A stretch of DNA of 64,000 nt from an uncultured Phycisphaerales bacterium (lineage in GTDB: Bacteria > Planctomycetota > Phycisphaerae > Tepidisphaerales > Tepidisphaeraceae), in NCBI GenBank assembly GCA_963758525.1, contig CAVWVQ010000003.1, positions 1,792,001-1,856,000 on the forward strand, read 5' to 3'. Below, piece by piece: positions 43,260 through 52,965 of the stretch. Position numbers and translations under genes: made by a program. The notes under the pieces are model-generated. The model had not been told where the DNA came from. It saw only the letters and a list, made by a program, of their open reading frames with translations, and ran no database searches. The stretch's first letter is position 1. Each line of letters starts with the position of its first letter.

Positions 43260-46200
43260 TTATGCGACCGGTCGGCCTGGACCATCGTTAAAAGTCTCCT
43301 TCCAACGGTTTGTCGGTCGGGGGGTGGAACTGCGTCGCCGGCGCCTGGCTCCAAGCATAGGGACGGCCCCCCACAGAAGGAGCACCGCCGCGCCTGGTTC
43401 TGGAGTCGACGAATAATAGACAATGTCCAGCCCGCTGGGCGTGCCACCGGAACTGACGAGTTCCAAGGCGAACTCACCGGCCGAACTGCCGGTATTGGCC
43501 CCGGTAAAAGATGATGTATCCAGGACGAAATACTGCGAGTCGGTGGCGTTCGCGGCAGGGGCAAATGGGGCACTGCCCCTGGTAGCCAGCACCACCGTCG
43601 GAGTGCCCGCGCTCGTGGATACGAAGCCTGACGGTCCGGTAAAGCTGCTGAAAGTGGCGAGATGGAAGGTGTAGTAACTGGTTGCGGAAAAGCTGTTTGA
43701 CGCGGAACCGCCCGAAAGAACTTGCACATCCAATGGAAGGGCGCTGGTTAAAGCCGATGCCGTGACTGCGCCGGTGATCTGGAGTTGATCGTAATCGGTT
43801 CCCGCCGCTGGCGTCGCGTCGCCGTGGGAGTCGTTGATCTTCAACGCCAGGTTACTCGCTTGACTCCAGGTTTCGGCGCCGGTTGCGAGAACGCCGGTCG
43901 CGGTGGTTGATGCACCGGCGGTGATGGTGCCGCCGTCGGCGAGGGTGGTCCCTGCCACAGCCTTGATGGTGCCGGCAGTGAGCATCACCGTGCCGGTGAC
44001 GGCTCCATTGCCGCCGAAAATCGCCCCCTTGGCTACGGTAATGTTGCCGGATCCGGTCGCCGACCCATTGCTTGCGCCATTGTTGGCGCGGAGCGTTCCA
44101 GCAGTAATTGTTGTTGCGCCACCATACGTGCTTGAGCCGGCCAGAGTGACCGTGCCGCTTGTCGTCTTCGTAAGGCCCACGCTTCCCGCCAGAATCGCGG
44201 TGGATGAGCCGCTGCGGGCGCTGATGGTGCTGCTGCTGGTCAGGACGCCGGTGGTTCCGGTGATGCTGCCGTTGTTGGTTCCATCGCCGATCTGCAAGCC
44301 GCCAACGCTTTCCGACAGGGAGTTGACGTCGAACGTGCCGCCGATGGCAAGGATGCTGGCTCCGCTGAAGATTTGATCGCCCCCGGTGCCTCCAAGCTGC
44401 AGCGTGCCTCCATTGATCGTGGAGGTGCTGCCCAGCGCGTGAACGCTACCTGTGCTGGTCTTTCCAAGGATGACGGTGCCGGCGTTGACCGTGAGCGCTA
44501 AGTAGCCGTTGTCGCCGGTTCCGCCGAGAGTCAGCGTGTTGTTCCCGTTCTTGATGACACCAGTTCCGCTGGCGCCACCTACGCTCCCGTTCAATGTGAT
44601 GTTTCCGGTGCCATCCACGGTAAAGCTGCCGTTGTTGGAGATGCTGACGGGGACGTTGCCGCTGAGCGAGGCTGCCCCGCCTGTGTTGGTCAGCGTGCCC
44701 AGGGTTGCGTTTGACGTGAACGCGTTGGCAATCGAATTGCCATCCACATCCAGTGTGCCGCTCAGCAGACTCACGGCACCCGTTCCCAATGCAAACGCAT
44801 TGCCAAGTTGCAACGTCCCGGCACTGATCGTGCTGACCCCCGAATAAGTGCTCGATCCTGAGAATATCTGCGTGCCGCCGCCGATCTTCGTCACGCCTCC
44901 GCTGCCCGCAATTGCTCCCGCATAGGCTGCCGGGCTGGTGCCGTCGCCACCGACAGTCAGCGTGGCGGCGCCGAGAGTGACATTTCCGCCGGTGGTCCCG
45001 CCGCCGGTGATCGAGCCGATCTGTGTGCTGAACCCCGTGATGTTGATGCCGGTGGAGGCCGCGTTGGCGAGCGTCAGCGCGGAGTTATTGCCGAAGGCGC
45101 CGCTGGTGTTGGCTATTGATGCCACGCCCGCCGCCAGCGTTCCGCCGCTGACCGCTGTGGCGCCCGTATAAGTATTTGCGCCGGAGAGTGTCTGCGTGCC
45201 GGTTCCAATCTTGGTTATCCCGCCGGTGCCAGAGATCACCCCGGCATAGGCCGCGGGTGTCGTGTTATCCCCGCCGGTGGTGAGCGTGGCCGCGCCGAGC
45301 GTGACATTTCCGCCGGTGGTCCCGCCGCCGGTGATCGAACCGATCTGCGTGTTGAAACCGGTGATATTGATACCGGTCGAGGCCACGTTGGCGAGTGTCA
45401 GTGCCGAGTTGTTGCCGAAAGCGCCGCTGGTGCTCGCGACCGATGCGACGCCCGCCGTCAGCGTTCCGCCGCTGACCGTCGTGGCGCCTGTATAAACATT
45501 TGTGCCGGAAAACGTCTGCGTCCCGGTTCCAATCTTCGTTACCCCGCCGGTCCCCGAGATCACCCCTGCGTACGCCGCGGGACTGGTGTTATCCCCGCCG
45601 GTGGTGAGTTTGGCAGCACCGAGGGTCACATTCCCGCCGCTGATTCCCCCGCCGGTAATCGAACCAACCTGCGTGTTGAAGCCAGTGATATCGATGCCGC
45701 TCCCGGCGACATTGGCGAGCGTCAGCGCCGAGTTATTGCCGAACGCGCCGCTCACGCCCGCGACAGAGGCGACGCCCGCTTTGAGGATTCCGGCGCTGAC
45801 CGTTGTCCCGGAAGAATAGGTGTTACTGCCTGAGAGTGTCAGCGTCGAGGCAGCGCTGTTTTGAACCACGCCGATGACGCTGCCGCCGATATTCCCTGAA
45901 ATCGTATCAGCGCCGGGGTTATTGCCGGTATTGGTAATGGTGCCCGAATTGTTCACCGAATTGGTAATTTTGATGGACGCGTTGGTGGATCCATTCCCGG
46001 CTGTGATCTGCTCCAGAAGCGTCAGGTTCCCACTGCCGCCGATGGCGCCGGAAATCGTTAGATTCGAATACTGCCCGCCGCCCGGATTCCCATTTTGGCC
46101 GTAGGCATTGAGGACGAGGTCGGTGCCGAGAGTGATGGGGCCGGAAAAGGTCGGAGCGTTATTGGAGCCGTAGATTGTGTTCGTTCCGTTACCGGCCGTG

Positions 46201-48359
46201 GTGATCGGATTGCTCATCGTAACGCTCGTATTACTGGCCAACGTGGCGGCCAAGCCGGTATTCGCGCTGTCGCCGAGCGTAATGGTTCCACTGCCAAATG
46301 CATTGGCATTCGCAGAGGTTACGGTGCCCGCCTTGATGATGAGCCCGCCGCTGAACGAACTGCTGCCCGAAAGAGTTTGATTGGCGTTTCCGATCTTGAT
46401 CAGCCCGCCGTTTCCTGAAATTGATCCCGAATAGGCAGGCGATGTGTTGTTGGTCCCGATCGTGAGCGTATTGCTTCCAAGCGCGACGTTGCCGCCGGTG
46501 GTTCCGCCGCCTGCCAACGATCCGATGGTCGCATTAAAGCCATTCAGGCTGAGGGCGGCCGTCGCGTTATTCGCGAGAGTCACCGCCGAGTTCACGCCGA
46601 AGGCGCCGCTGGTCTGCGTTGAGCCGCTGAATGCCGCGGCAGCACCAGCGTTGACCGTGCCCTGCGTAATGACTGTTGCGCCAGTGTACGTATTTGCGCC
46701 GCTGAGGGTGGTGATGCCGGTGCCTGCGAGGGTCAGCGCGCTTGCGCTGGAGTTGTTCTGGATGGCCGATCCGATGTTCAACGCGCCGTTGTCGATGATG
46801 ACCAGTTCCTTGCCACCACCGGCCTGGAGGTTGCCGCCTGAGAGGGCGTCCGTTGTTCCCGCGCTGGTCACCAGGATCCCGCCGGTGCTGACCGTGTTGG
46901 TGCCAGACGCATTCAGCGTCAGATTAGCGGCGTTGAACCGAAGAGTATTGACCGTAAATCCGGACGACGGGGTATCGGTGGCGCTCGCCGTGCCGTTTCC
47001 TACATTAACGTTGCTGGTGCTGGCGTAGTTGGTCTGGTAGCTGCTCAACGCGGTAATTGCTCCGCTTGTGTTTGCAGCCCAATTCGCTCCGCCGACCGTG
47101 GCAAACGCGATTCCGTTGGAAGCCGCGCTCACCAGGACGCTGTTGCTCACAAACGTCGTCGAAGCGGTTGAGACATTCCCTGTCCCCGGCAATGTGAAGT
47201 CAACTGTACTGCCGCTATTGCGCGTCAGCGCGCCCAAGGCCAGCGAGACGCCGCTGGCATTGTTCTGATTGACGACGATTCCCGACGCGCCGTTCGACTG
47301 AAATGTGGTGCCGTTGAATGTCTGCGAGTTGCTCGAGCCGGTGCCGCCGCCGGTGATGGTGAGGCTCGGCAAACCTGCGCCGCCGCCCAACTTCAAGGCT
47401 GAACTGGTGCTGATGATGTTGGTCGCAGTCGTTGGCGTTGTCGCGGCCGAGAAATCGAGGGTCAGCCCGCCGCCATTGACCGTTGTAGCACCCGTATAGC
47501 TGTTACTTCCCGAAAGTGTGGCGGTGCCGCCATTGAGCGTGAACGCGCCGCTGGAGGTTCCAATGATTCCAGAGGCGCTCTCGGCGAAAGTGCCGCCGTT
47601 GACCGTAATGCTATTTCCAGAACCCGTAAATGAGCCGTTGAGCGTCAGAGTGCCGGAAGTCAGGGTTGTTCCGCCGGTTTCCGCATTCACACCGCCGAGC
47701 GTAACAGTGCCTGCGTCGCTGAAAGCCAGCGCGCCGGAGGTGGCGGCGATGCCGCCAGTGATCGTTGTCGCCCCCGCGCCTGTGAATGTCATGGTGACGC
47801 CAGTGCTGATACTGAGCGGCGCGGCGATATTCAGCGTGCCCGCGTCATCAATGTTACCGCTGTTTGTGGTAATGACTGTGAGGGTGCTGGCCCCGCTTTG
47901 GATGGTGAGATTCCCGCTGGCCGCAACAAAGAGATGATCGTTGGCAGCGCCGACGCCCGGGGACACGTTCGGCCCGGCCGCGCTGAGGCTGATGCTGCCC
48001 GATCCGGTGCTATTGCTGATGACGATCGATTGTGTACTGGAATCATCGAGCGTTCCGTAGATCAGGGCGGCGCCTTTGATGTCGAAGCCACCCGGTACCG
48101 TATAGGTGCCGCTGAGAGTCACATCGCTGCTCGACGTAGGCAGTGAGCCGCCATAGGTCGCCGCGGCAGCGAGATTTGTAGAATCGCCAACCGTCACCAA
48201 GGTATCGTTCGCTCTTGCCGACTGTCCGATAAAGGCTGAAAATGGGAGCAGCGCAACCGCTGATGCCAGAGCCAGTTGCCGCTTATGGCGTCGCGCAGCC
48301 TGCATTACAGGGGAGTGGGATTTGAAGCCTTGGGTCGCTAGTTCAAAAGGTTTCGTCAC
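43260..48359 (-). CDS. Large PEP-CTERM surface protein with autotransporter-associated beta-strand repeats
   Basis: Many K.G.GT.TLSG.NTYTG.T repeats; C-terminal TPEPG + TM + RRRRR sorting signal. Confidence 0.9.
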   Translation of the reverse strand: MTKPFELATQGFKSHSPVMQAARRHKRQLALASAVALLPFSAFIGQSARANDTLVTVGDSTNLAAAATYGGSLPTSSSDVTLSGTYTVPGGFDIKGAALIYGTLDDSSTQSIVISNSTGSGSISLSAAGPNVSPGVGAANDHLFVAASGNLTIQSGASTLTVITTNSGNIDDAGTLNIAAPLSISTGVTMTFTGAGATTITGGIAATSGALAFSDAGTVTLGGVNAETGGTTLTSGTLTLNGSFTGSGNSITVNGGTFAESASGIIGTSSGAFTLNGGTATLSGSNSYTGATTVNGGGLTLDFSAATTPTTATNIISTSSALKLGGGAGLPSLTITGGGTGSSNSQTFNGTTFQSNGASGIVVNQNNASGVSLALGALTRNSGSTVDFTLPGTGNVSTASTTFVSNSVLVSAASNGIAFATVGGANWAANTSGAITALSSYQTNYASTSNVNVGNGTASATDTPSSGFTVNTLRFNAANLTLNASGTNTVSTGGILVTSAGTTDALSGGNLQAGGGKELVIIDNGALNIGSAIQNNSSASALTLAGTGITTLSGANTYTGATVITQGTVNAGAAAAFSGSTQTSGAFGVNSAVTLANNATAALSLNGFNATIGSLAGGGTTGGNVALGSNTLTIGTNNTSPAYSGSISGNGGLIKIGNANQTLSGSSSFSGGLIIKAGTVTSANANAFGSGTITLGDSANTGLAATLASNTSVTMSNPITTAGNGTNTIYGSNNAPTFSGPITLGTDLVLNAYGQNGNPGGGQYSNLTISGAIGGSGNLTLLEQITAGNGSTNASIKITNSVNNSGTITNTGNNPGADTISGNIGGSVIGVVQNSAASTLTLSGSNTYSSGTTVSAGILKAGVASVAGVSGAFGNNSALTLANVAGSGIDITGFNTQVGSITGGGISGGNVTLGAAKLTTGGDNTSPAAYAGVISGTGGVTKIGTGTQTFSGTNVYTGATTVSGGTLTAGVASVASTSGAFGNNSALTLANVASTGINITGFNTQIGSITGGGTTGGNVTLGAATLTTGGDNTTPAAYAGVISGTGGITKIGTGTQTLSGANTYTGATAVSGGTLAAGVASIANTSGAFGNNSALTLANAASTGINITGFSTQIGSITGGGTTGGNVTLGAATLTVGGDGTSPAAYAGAIAGSGGVTKIGGGTQIFSGSSTYSGVSTISAGTLQLGNAFALGTGAVSLLSGTLDVDGNSIANAFTSNATLGTLTNTGGAASLSGNVPVSISNNGSFTVDGTGNITLNGSVGGASGTGVIKNGNNTLTLGGTGDNGYLALTVNAGTVILGKTSTGSVHALGSTSTINGGTLQLGGTGGDQIFSGASILAIGGTFDVNSLSESVGGLQIGDGTNNGSITGTTGVLTSSSTISARSGSSTAILAGSVGLTKTTSGTVTLAGSSTYGGATTITAGTLRANNGASNGSATGSGNITVAKGAIFGGNGAVTGTVMLTAGTIKAVAGTTLADGGTITAGASTTATGVLATGAETWSQASNLALKINDSHGDATPAAGTDYDQLQITGAVTASALTSALPLDVQVLSGGSASNSFSATSYYTFHLATFSSFTGPSGFVSTSAGTPTVVLATRGSAPFAPAANATDSQYFVLDTSSFTGANTGSSAGEFALELVSSGGTPSGLDIVYYSSTPEPGAAVLLLWGAVPMLGARRRRRSSTPRPTNRWKETFNDGPGRPVA

Positions 48360-48415
48360 TCTTCCGCCTCCAGATTGGGTCGAGAATTCGCCTGAGGAAG
48401 TCCACCCAACCCTTT

Positions 48416-48443
48416 ATTTGCGCGGGAAGCACAGAACATTACA
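48416..48443 (-). promoter_or_regulatory. Putative ECF-sigma promoter TGTAATGTT-N13-GCAAAT for the PEP-CTERM operon
   Basis: Exact motif on the minus strand 57 nt upstream of the 48359 start. Confidence 0.7.
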
Positions 48444-48462
48444 TAATCTTCACTTTTTTTTG

Positions 48463-48490
48463 TGTAATGTTTCCGGCAAGTTGCGCAAAT
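48463..48490 (+). promoter_or_regulatory. Putative ECF-sigma promoter TGTAATGTT-N13-GCAAAT
   Basis: Exact motif, back-to-back with the 48416-48443 copy, upstream of 48655. Confidence 0.7.
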
Positions 48491-48654
48491 TCAGTTTGAT
48501 TCATTGACCATGACGGGGCATGCCCTCCGCCCAGTCGGAAGGGCCCCATGTGCGCGAGGTGGAGCAGCAGCAACATCGGATGGCAGTAACAGATGGAAAC
48601 GAGACTTGCGCGATTGCCGGCGCGGCCTGATTTTCCAGTTCACTGGAGAGGATC

Positions 48655-49650
48655 ATGATCCGAAAGCGATCGCACCCACGTCGCGGCTCCGCGGTTCAAA
48701 TGCGCCACGGTTTTACGCTCGTTGAGCTTCTGGTGGTAATGGGGATTATCGCGGTGCTCATCGCCGTATTGTTGCCCGCGCTGGCCGGCGCTCGGCACTC
48801 CGCGCAGCAGATCAAATGTGGCGCCAATCTGCGAACGCTCGGGCAGGCAATGCTGATGAATGCCAATGAGCATCGGGGATACTTCCCGCTGGCGGGATAT
48901 ATCTATGTGAACGGGAATCCAGGGATTCCGCCAACTCCGAAGAATCTCGGCGATAGCTCCAGGCAGCGATATGCCTACTACTTCGACAATGGCGGAAACC
49001 CCGATCATGACTACTATCCGACCTCCGTTCCCGCTGCATTATCTCCTTACATTTCCACGCAAGTGCGCGGCGACAGTTGGCAGGATGTGGATGCCGACGT
49101 GACGGCGCCGGGTCCTCTTTCAGATGCTTTTGTCTGCCCCTCGGATCAACAGACAATTGAACGCTCGTATGCGCAGACAACATGGCTGCATAATGCGGCC
49201 GAAAACATCACCCGCCGTGGATACTCCAGCTACGGGTTTAACGCCGAAATCCTCGGCTGGTGCGACATGGGGGTTTCGAGCCTCAGCGGACACATGCGGC
49301 TCCGCGGCAACAGTGGGAGGATCCCGCACGTCAGCGACACCATGCTGTTCTGTGATTCTCCCCCCAACAGCCAAGGCTCGTATGAAATTTGGGTTCACGG
49401 TCCCCTGGCGTCGCTCGGGGACGCGTACATGGGCACTTCAGGCGGAGCCATCGGAACCAGCGCTTTCGATCTGGTCCGACATCACGGCAACCTGAATGTT
49501 CTGTACGCTGACGGCCATGTGGACAGCCAGCCGATTCTCAGCAATGGCGCCACAACGTCGTCGGGCACGGCGGCGCTTACCAACCCGTCCAATTGCCCCA
49601 GCGGAGCGTTGACGAAAGTTTCGATGGACGTGGATTTCCCAACCCACTGA
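48655..49650 (+). CDS. DUF1559 prepilin-type + H-X9-DG protein (intact)
   Basis: [57 protein letters not shown]. Confidence 0.92.
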   Translation: MIRKRSHPRRGSAVQMRHGFTLVELLVVMGIIAVLIAVLLPALAGARHSAQQIKCGANLRTLGQAMLMNANEHRGYFPLAGYIYVNGNPGIPPTPKNLGDSSRQRYAYYFDNGGNPDHDYYPTSVPAALSPYISTQVRGDSWQDVDADVTAPGPLSDAFVCPSDQQTIERSYAQTTWLHNAAENITRRGYSSYGFNAEILGWCDMGVSSLSGHMRLRGNSGRIPHVSDTMLFCDSPPNSQGSYEIWVHGPLASLGDAYMGTSGGAIGTSAFDLVRHHGNLNVLYADGHVDSQPILSNGATTSSGTAALTNPSNCPSGALTKVSMDVDFPTH

Positions 49651-49815
49651 AGCGCCGTCTCATTCAATGGCGGGCTTGGAATGGGGCTTCGAGATCAGAT
49701 CAACAGAACCCCGCCGTTATCGCCAGCGCCGCGGTTGCCGCCCTGATCTGCGCGTCGATATTGATTTGCGCAGCGGTGCGAAACGTTACGGAACATTTCG
49801 CGAATCCCGTTTTCC

Positions 49816-49843
49816 TGTAATGTTTGTGGCGCAGTGCGCAAAT
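49816..49843 (+). promoter_or_regulatory. Putative autoregulatory ECF-sigma promoter TGTAATGTT-N13-GCAAAT
   Basis: Exact motif upstream of the sigma gene. Confidence 0.7.
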
Positions 49844-49926
49844 GAGATGTTGAAAACAGTCACGGAGCCCCTCGCGAGCGGCGGCAAGGCTTGGCGTCGG
49901 GCTGCTGATAGCGCTCAGAGTGCAGC

Positions 49927-50457
49927 TTGGACAACTTGCATCCCACCAAGGAGTTAACGAGATACTGGACGACGGCCATGCCGATCGTGGCAGCGTTCGT
50001 CCGCGCACGGACAAACCGCTTCCATGACGCGGAGGATCTGCTTCAGGAGGTCGCCTCAGACGTCGTAGCGCAATTTGAGCAGTATGATCCGGCCCGGTCC
50101 TTCACGGACTGGGCGCTGGGCATCGCGCGAAACAAGCTCAAGCTCTATTACCGGCAGACCGCTACCAGCAAACGCGTGATGGGCAACCTGGCGATGGCAA
50201 AGATCGCCGAGGCGATGGAGAAGGTCGGCGGTGATTCCAGCGAAATTGCCGAGGCCTTGGGAAGATGTCTCAAGGCCGTCGACTCGCGCTCCCGCGATCT
50301 GCTGAATCTGCGCTACGTTGACGACCTGAGCTGCTCGGAGATCGCGGCGCACAAATCCGCAACGACCAACGCGGTCAGGGTTGCGCTGCACCGGCTTCGC
50401 AGCGCCCTGCATCGCTGCATCGAAGAGCGCCTGGTCGCGGAACGGAGGATGGCATGA
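49927..50457 (+). CDS. ECF sigma-70 factor (Rhodopirellula/Verrucomicrobium type)
   Basis: DAEDLLQEV, YDPARSFTDWALGIARN, region 4 AVRVALHRLRSAL..CI. Confidence 0.92.
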   Translation: MDNLHPTKELTRYWTTAMPIVAAFVRARTNRFHDAEDLLQEVASDVVAQFEQYDPARSFTDWALGIARNKLKLYYRQTATSKRVMGNLAMAKIAEAMEKVGGDSSEIAEALGRCLKAVDSRSRDLLNLRYVDDLSCSEIAAHKSATTNAVRVALHRLRSALHRCIEERLVAERRMA

Positions 50458-51920
50458 GCGACCCACTTGAACTGGTCAGCGGATACCTTGACCACGATCT
50501 GAGCGACGCCGAGCTGGCGGAGCTTGAGGAATGGATATTAGCCGATCCGGAGCATGCCGCCATTTTTGCGCGACGGGCGACGATTCACAGCCAGATTCGC
50601 GATGCGCTGGCGGGCGAGGTGTCGCTGCGGCTCTCACAAATTCGCTCGCCGGAGCTTTTCGAGCCGATCGAGGGCTCGAACCTCGACGTCAATCCGCACG
50701 ACATGCTGAACGACGCGATCATCATGAAGGCGCTGATCGAATCGGATGAGAGCGACGAGCCAGCCCCGATCGAGCTTCAGCCCCTGCAGCCGCCCACGGA
50801 GCCGGCCGCTGCCCGACACCGGTTGTTCCCTCGCCGCCGCGCCCTGCTCGGCGGCGGGTCGCTGGCGGCGATGATCCTGCTGAGCCTGGGCATGTTCCTC
50901 TGGCATCTCTCCTCCCGCGATGCCGTGAAGCTGACTGCGCGAATCGACGCCGCCTGGGAAGACAGTGACGACGCGCCCGCTTTGGGAAAATCGGTGCCGA
51001 TGGGAAAGACGTTGGCACTCACTCATGGCTACACGGAACTCACCTCCGACAACGGCGCGAAGATTGTGATTCAAGCTCCGGCCAAGTTTATCGTGGACGC
51101 GCGCGATCACCTCACGCTCCTCCGCGGGAGATTGACCGCTCAGATTCCAGGCCCCGCGCACGGATTTACCGTGACGACGCCGGCGGGAGAAATAGTCGAC
51201 CTTGGCACGGAATTCGGCGTGAACGTCGGCCTGGATAATGTCGTCGAGACGCAAGTATTCGTTGGGCGAATACAGGTAACATCGACCGCAACGGCAACCG
51301 GAAGCACGGTGATGCTTTCTGCCGGACAGGCGGCGCAACTTGCCGATTCGGGGGTCTCGGTCAACTCGACTCCGGCGGAACCCGGACGCTATGTGCGCAA
51401 CATCGACCAGGTCGTGACACCGTTCCCAACCCACAGTACGGGCGAGGGCCTCAGCGAAGGGAGCCAGGATCCCAACTGGCGAATCACCAGCGTGCCAAAC
51501 CAACCGAAATGGCAGCCGAAGCGCGCGGCAGTGTCCGACGGCCTGAAGTTCTACGTTCCCAATGACGCGCGATCAGCCTGGATCTCGATCGCTCCCAGGC
51601 TGATTGACGTAGACGCAGGCCTTTACACCTTCGCAACAACGTTCGAGCTGACCGGGTTTGACCCGTCATCAGCTCACCTGCATCTGAAGATTGCTGCCGA
51701 TGACAATGTGGCTGAGGCTCGACTGAACGGACACGCGATCGACACGCGAAAAGTCGGACCGAGCCAATGGTATCGCGCGATGTATCCACTGGATTTCGAC
51801 AGCGGTTTTGTCGCGGGCGTCAACCGGCTGGAAATCGTTGTGAAAAATGCGACATTGTCCAAGGTCGCACTAAACGCTCAGTTGGAGGGATATGCCCTGC
51901 GCAACGCGGAGCATCGATAG
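50454..51920 (+). CDS. FecR-like anti-sigma factor with C-terminal beta-sandwich domain
   Basis: ATGA overlap with sigma; single TM; GFTVTTPAGEIVDLGTEFGVNV. Confidence 0.88.
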   Translation: MSDPLELVSGYLDHDLSDAELAELEEWILADPEHAAIFARRATIHSQIRDALAGEVSLRLSQIRSPELFEPIEGSNLDVNPHDMLNDAIIMKALIESDESDEPAPIELQPLQPPTEPAAARHRLFPRRRALLGGGSLAAMILLSLGMFLWHLSSRDAVKLTARIDAAWEDSDDAPALGKSVPMGKTLALTHGYTELTSDNGAKIVIQAPAKFIVDARDHLTLLRGRLTAQIPGPAHGFTVTTPAGEIVDLGTEFGVNVGLDNVVETQVFVGRIQVTSTATATGSTVMLSAGQAAQLADSGVSVNSTPAEPGRYVRNIDQVVTPFPTHSTGEGLSEGSQDPNWRITSVPNQPKWQPKRAAVSDGLKFYVPNDARSAWISIAPRLIDVDAGLYTFATTFELTGFDPSSAHLHLKIAADDNVAEARLNGHAIDTRKVGPSQWYRAMYPLDFDSGFVAGVNRLEIVVKNATLSKVALNAQLEGYALRNAEHR

Positions 51921-51959
51921 CCCCAACACGAACGCGCCAGTTATCAGGTCGAGCCCGGC

Positions 51960-52176
51960 CCCGCGCTGCTGCGCCGGATAACGCGAACGTCTGGATAGAT
52001 CGATCGCGCCTGCTCGGCGCAAGTTCAACCATCAACCGCTCGTCCACGCGAGCAAGCATCCCGCCGCTGAGTTGTCCCTGGATGTCATCGCAGGCGTACG
52101 TGCAGAGTTTGTGATGCACGTCCCGCCACGACTGCTCCATGTATGGATCCATTCCTGGAAAGGGGCTTGTGCTCAT
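51960..52176 (-). pseudogene. 5' remnant of a DUF4058 family gene
   Basis: MSTSPFPGMDPYME..WRDVHH is the DUF4058 N-terminus; recognisable coding ends after ~65 codons. Confidence 0.7.
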
Positions 52177-52421
52177 GATTCTCTCCACATCGATCGGCAA
52201 TATGATAACACAGGAGGCGCATAGCGCCCCTGCCCGACGTGTAGCTGCCGAACTCGCTCGTCGTTTCTGCAAAGGCGAACCGCGAGCAAGCTCGGCGGGT
52301 GTCCGGTGGAAATCTTCCCGGTGAATGACACATGAAATCGCGTTCGATCAATTGCTGCAACTGAGTCGCGCCTGTCGGCGCAGTCGATTTCGTGCGCCGA
52401 TGCTAAAATGCGTTCAGCGTC

Positions 52422-52730
52422 ATGGCGGTTCTGCAGCCCCTTGCCAATCTCGACAGCACCCAGTCGATCATCGTCTGGTCGCTGGTGCTCATCTGCCTGA
52501 TCATCGTGGGGATGGCGGTGACGCTGCAGGTGAAGAAAAAGGTCACGGAGACTGGATCGACCACCGGGTCCGGGGGCGGCTTCACGTTGTCGGACCTGCG
52601 GGAGATGGTCAGGCAGGGAACGCTGACGCAGGAGGAATTTGAAAAGGCCAGGGCGAAGATCGTGGAGGCGGCAAAACGGGCGTCGGAACGCCAGAACCGG
52701 CCTCAGGGGAAGGACTTGCCGCGTATTTAG
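52422..52730 (+). CDS. Small membrane protein with SHOCT-like domain
   Basis: TM followed by FTLSDLREMVRQGTLTQEEFEKAR. Confidence 0.75.
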   Translation: MAVLQPLANLDSTQSIIVWSLVLICLIIVGMAVTLQVKKKVTETGSTTGSGGGFTLSDLREMVRQGTLTQEEFEKARAKIVEAAKRASERQNRPQGKDLPRI

Positions 52731-52965
52731 GGACGTTGATAAGCTGGGGTCCGGCTGTTTTACACTTGCGGTCGCGAGAAGACTAAGATAGGAACAAGAA
52801 GGCACGGAATCGCGTATCAAGTCTGTGCCCGTGGTTGTTCGATAACCTACGGTGCAGCAAGCGCTGCGCGACCGTGCGCAGAGCAGACTGCGGACCGTCG
52901 GCGGACGGGAAGTCTGTCACACCCAAGGATGGGGCGGTTCCACGCCCCTGCAGGAAGGCGAGTCG

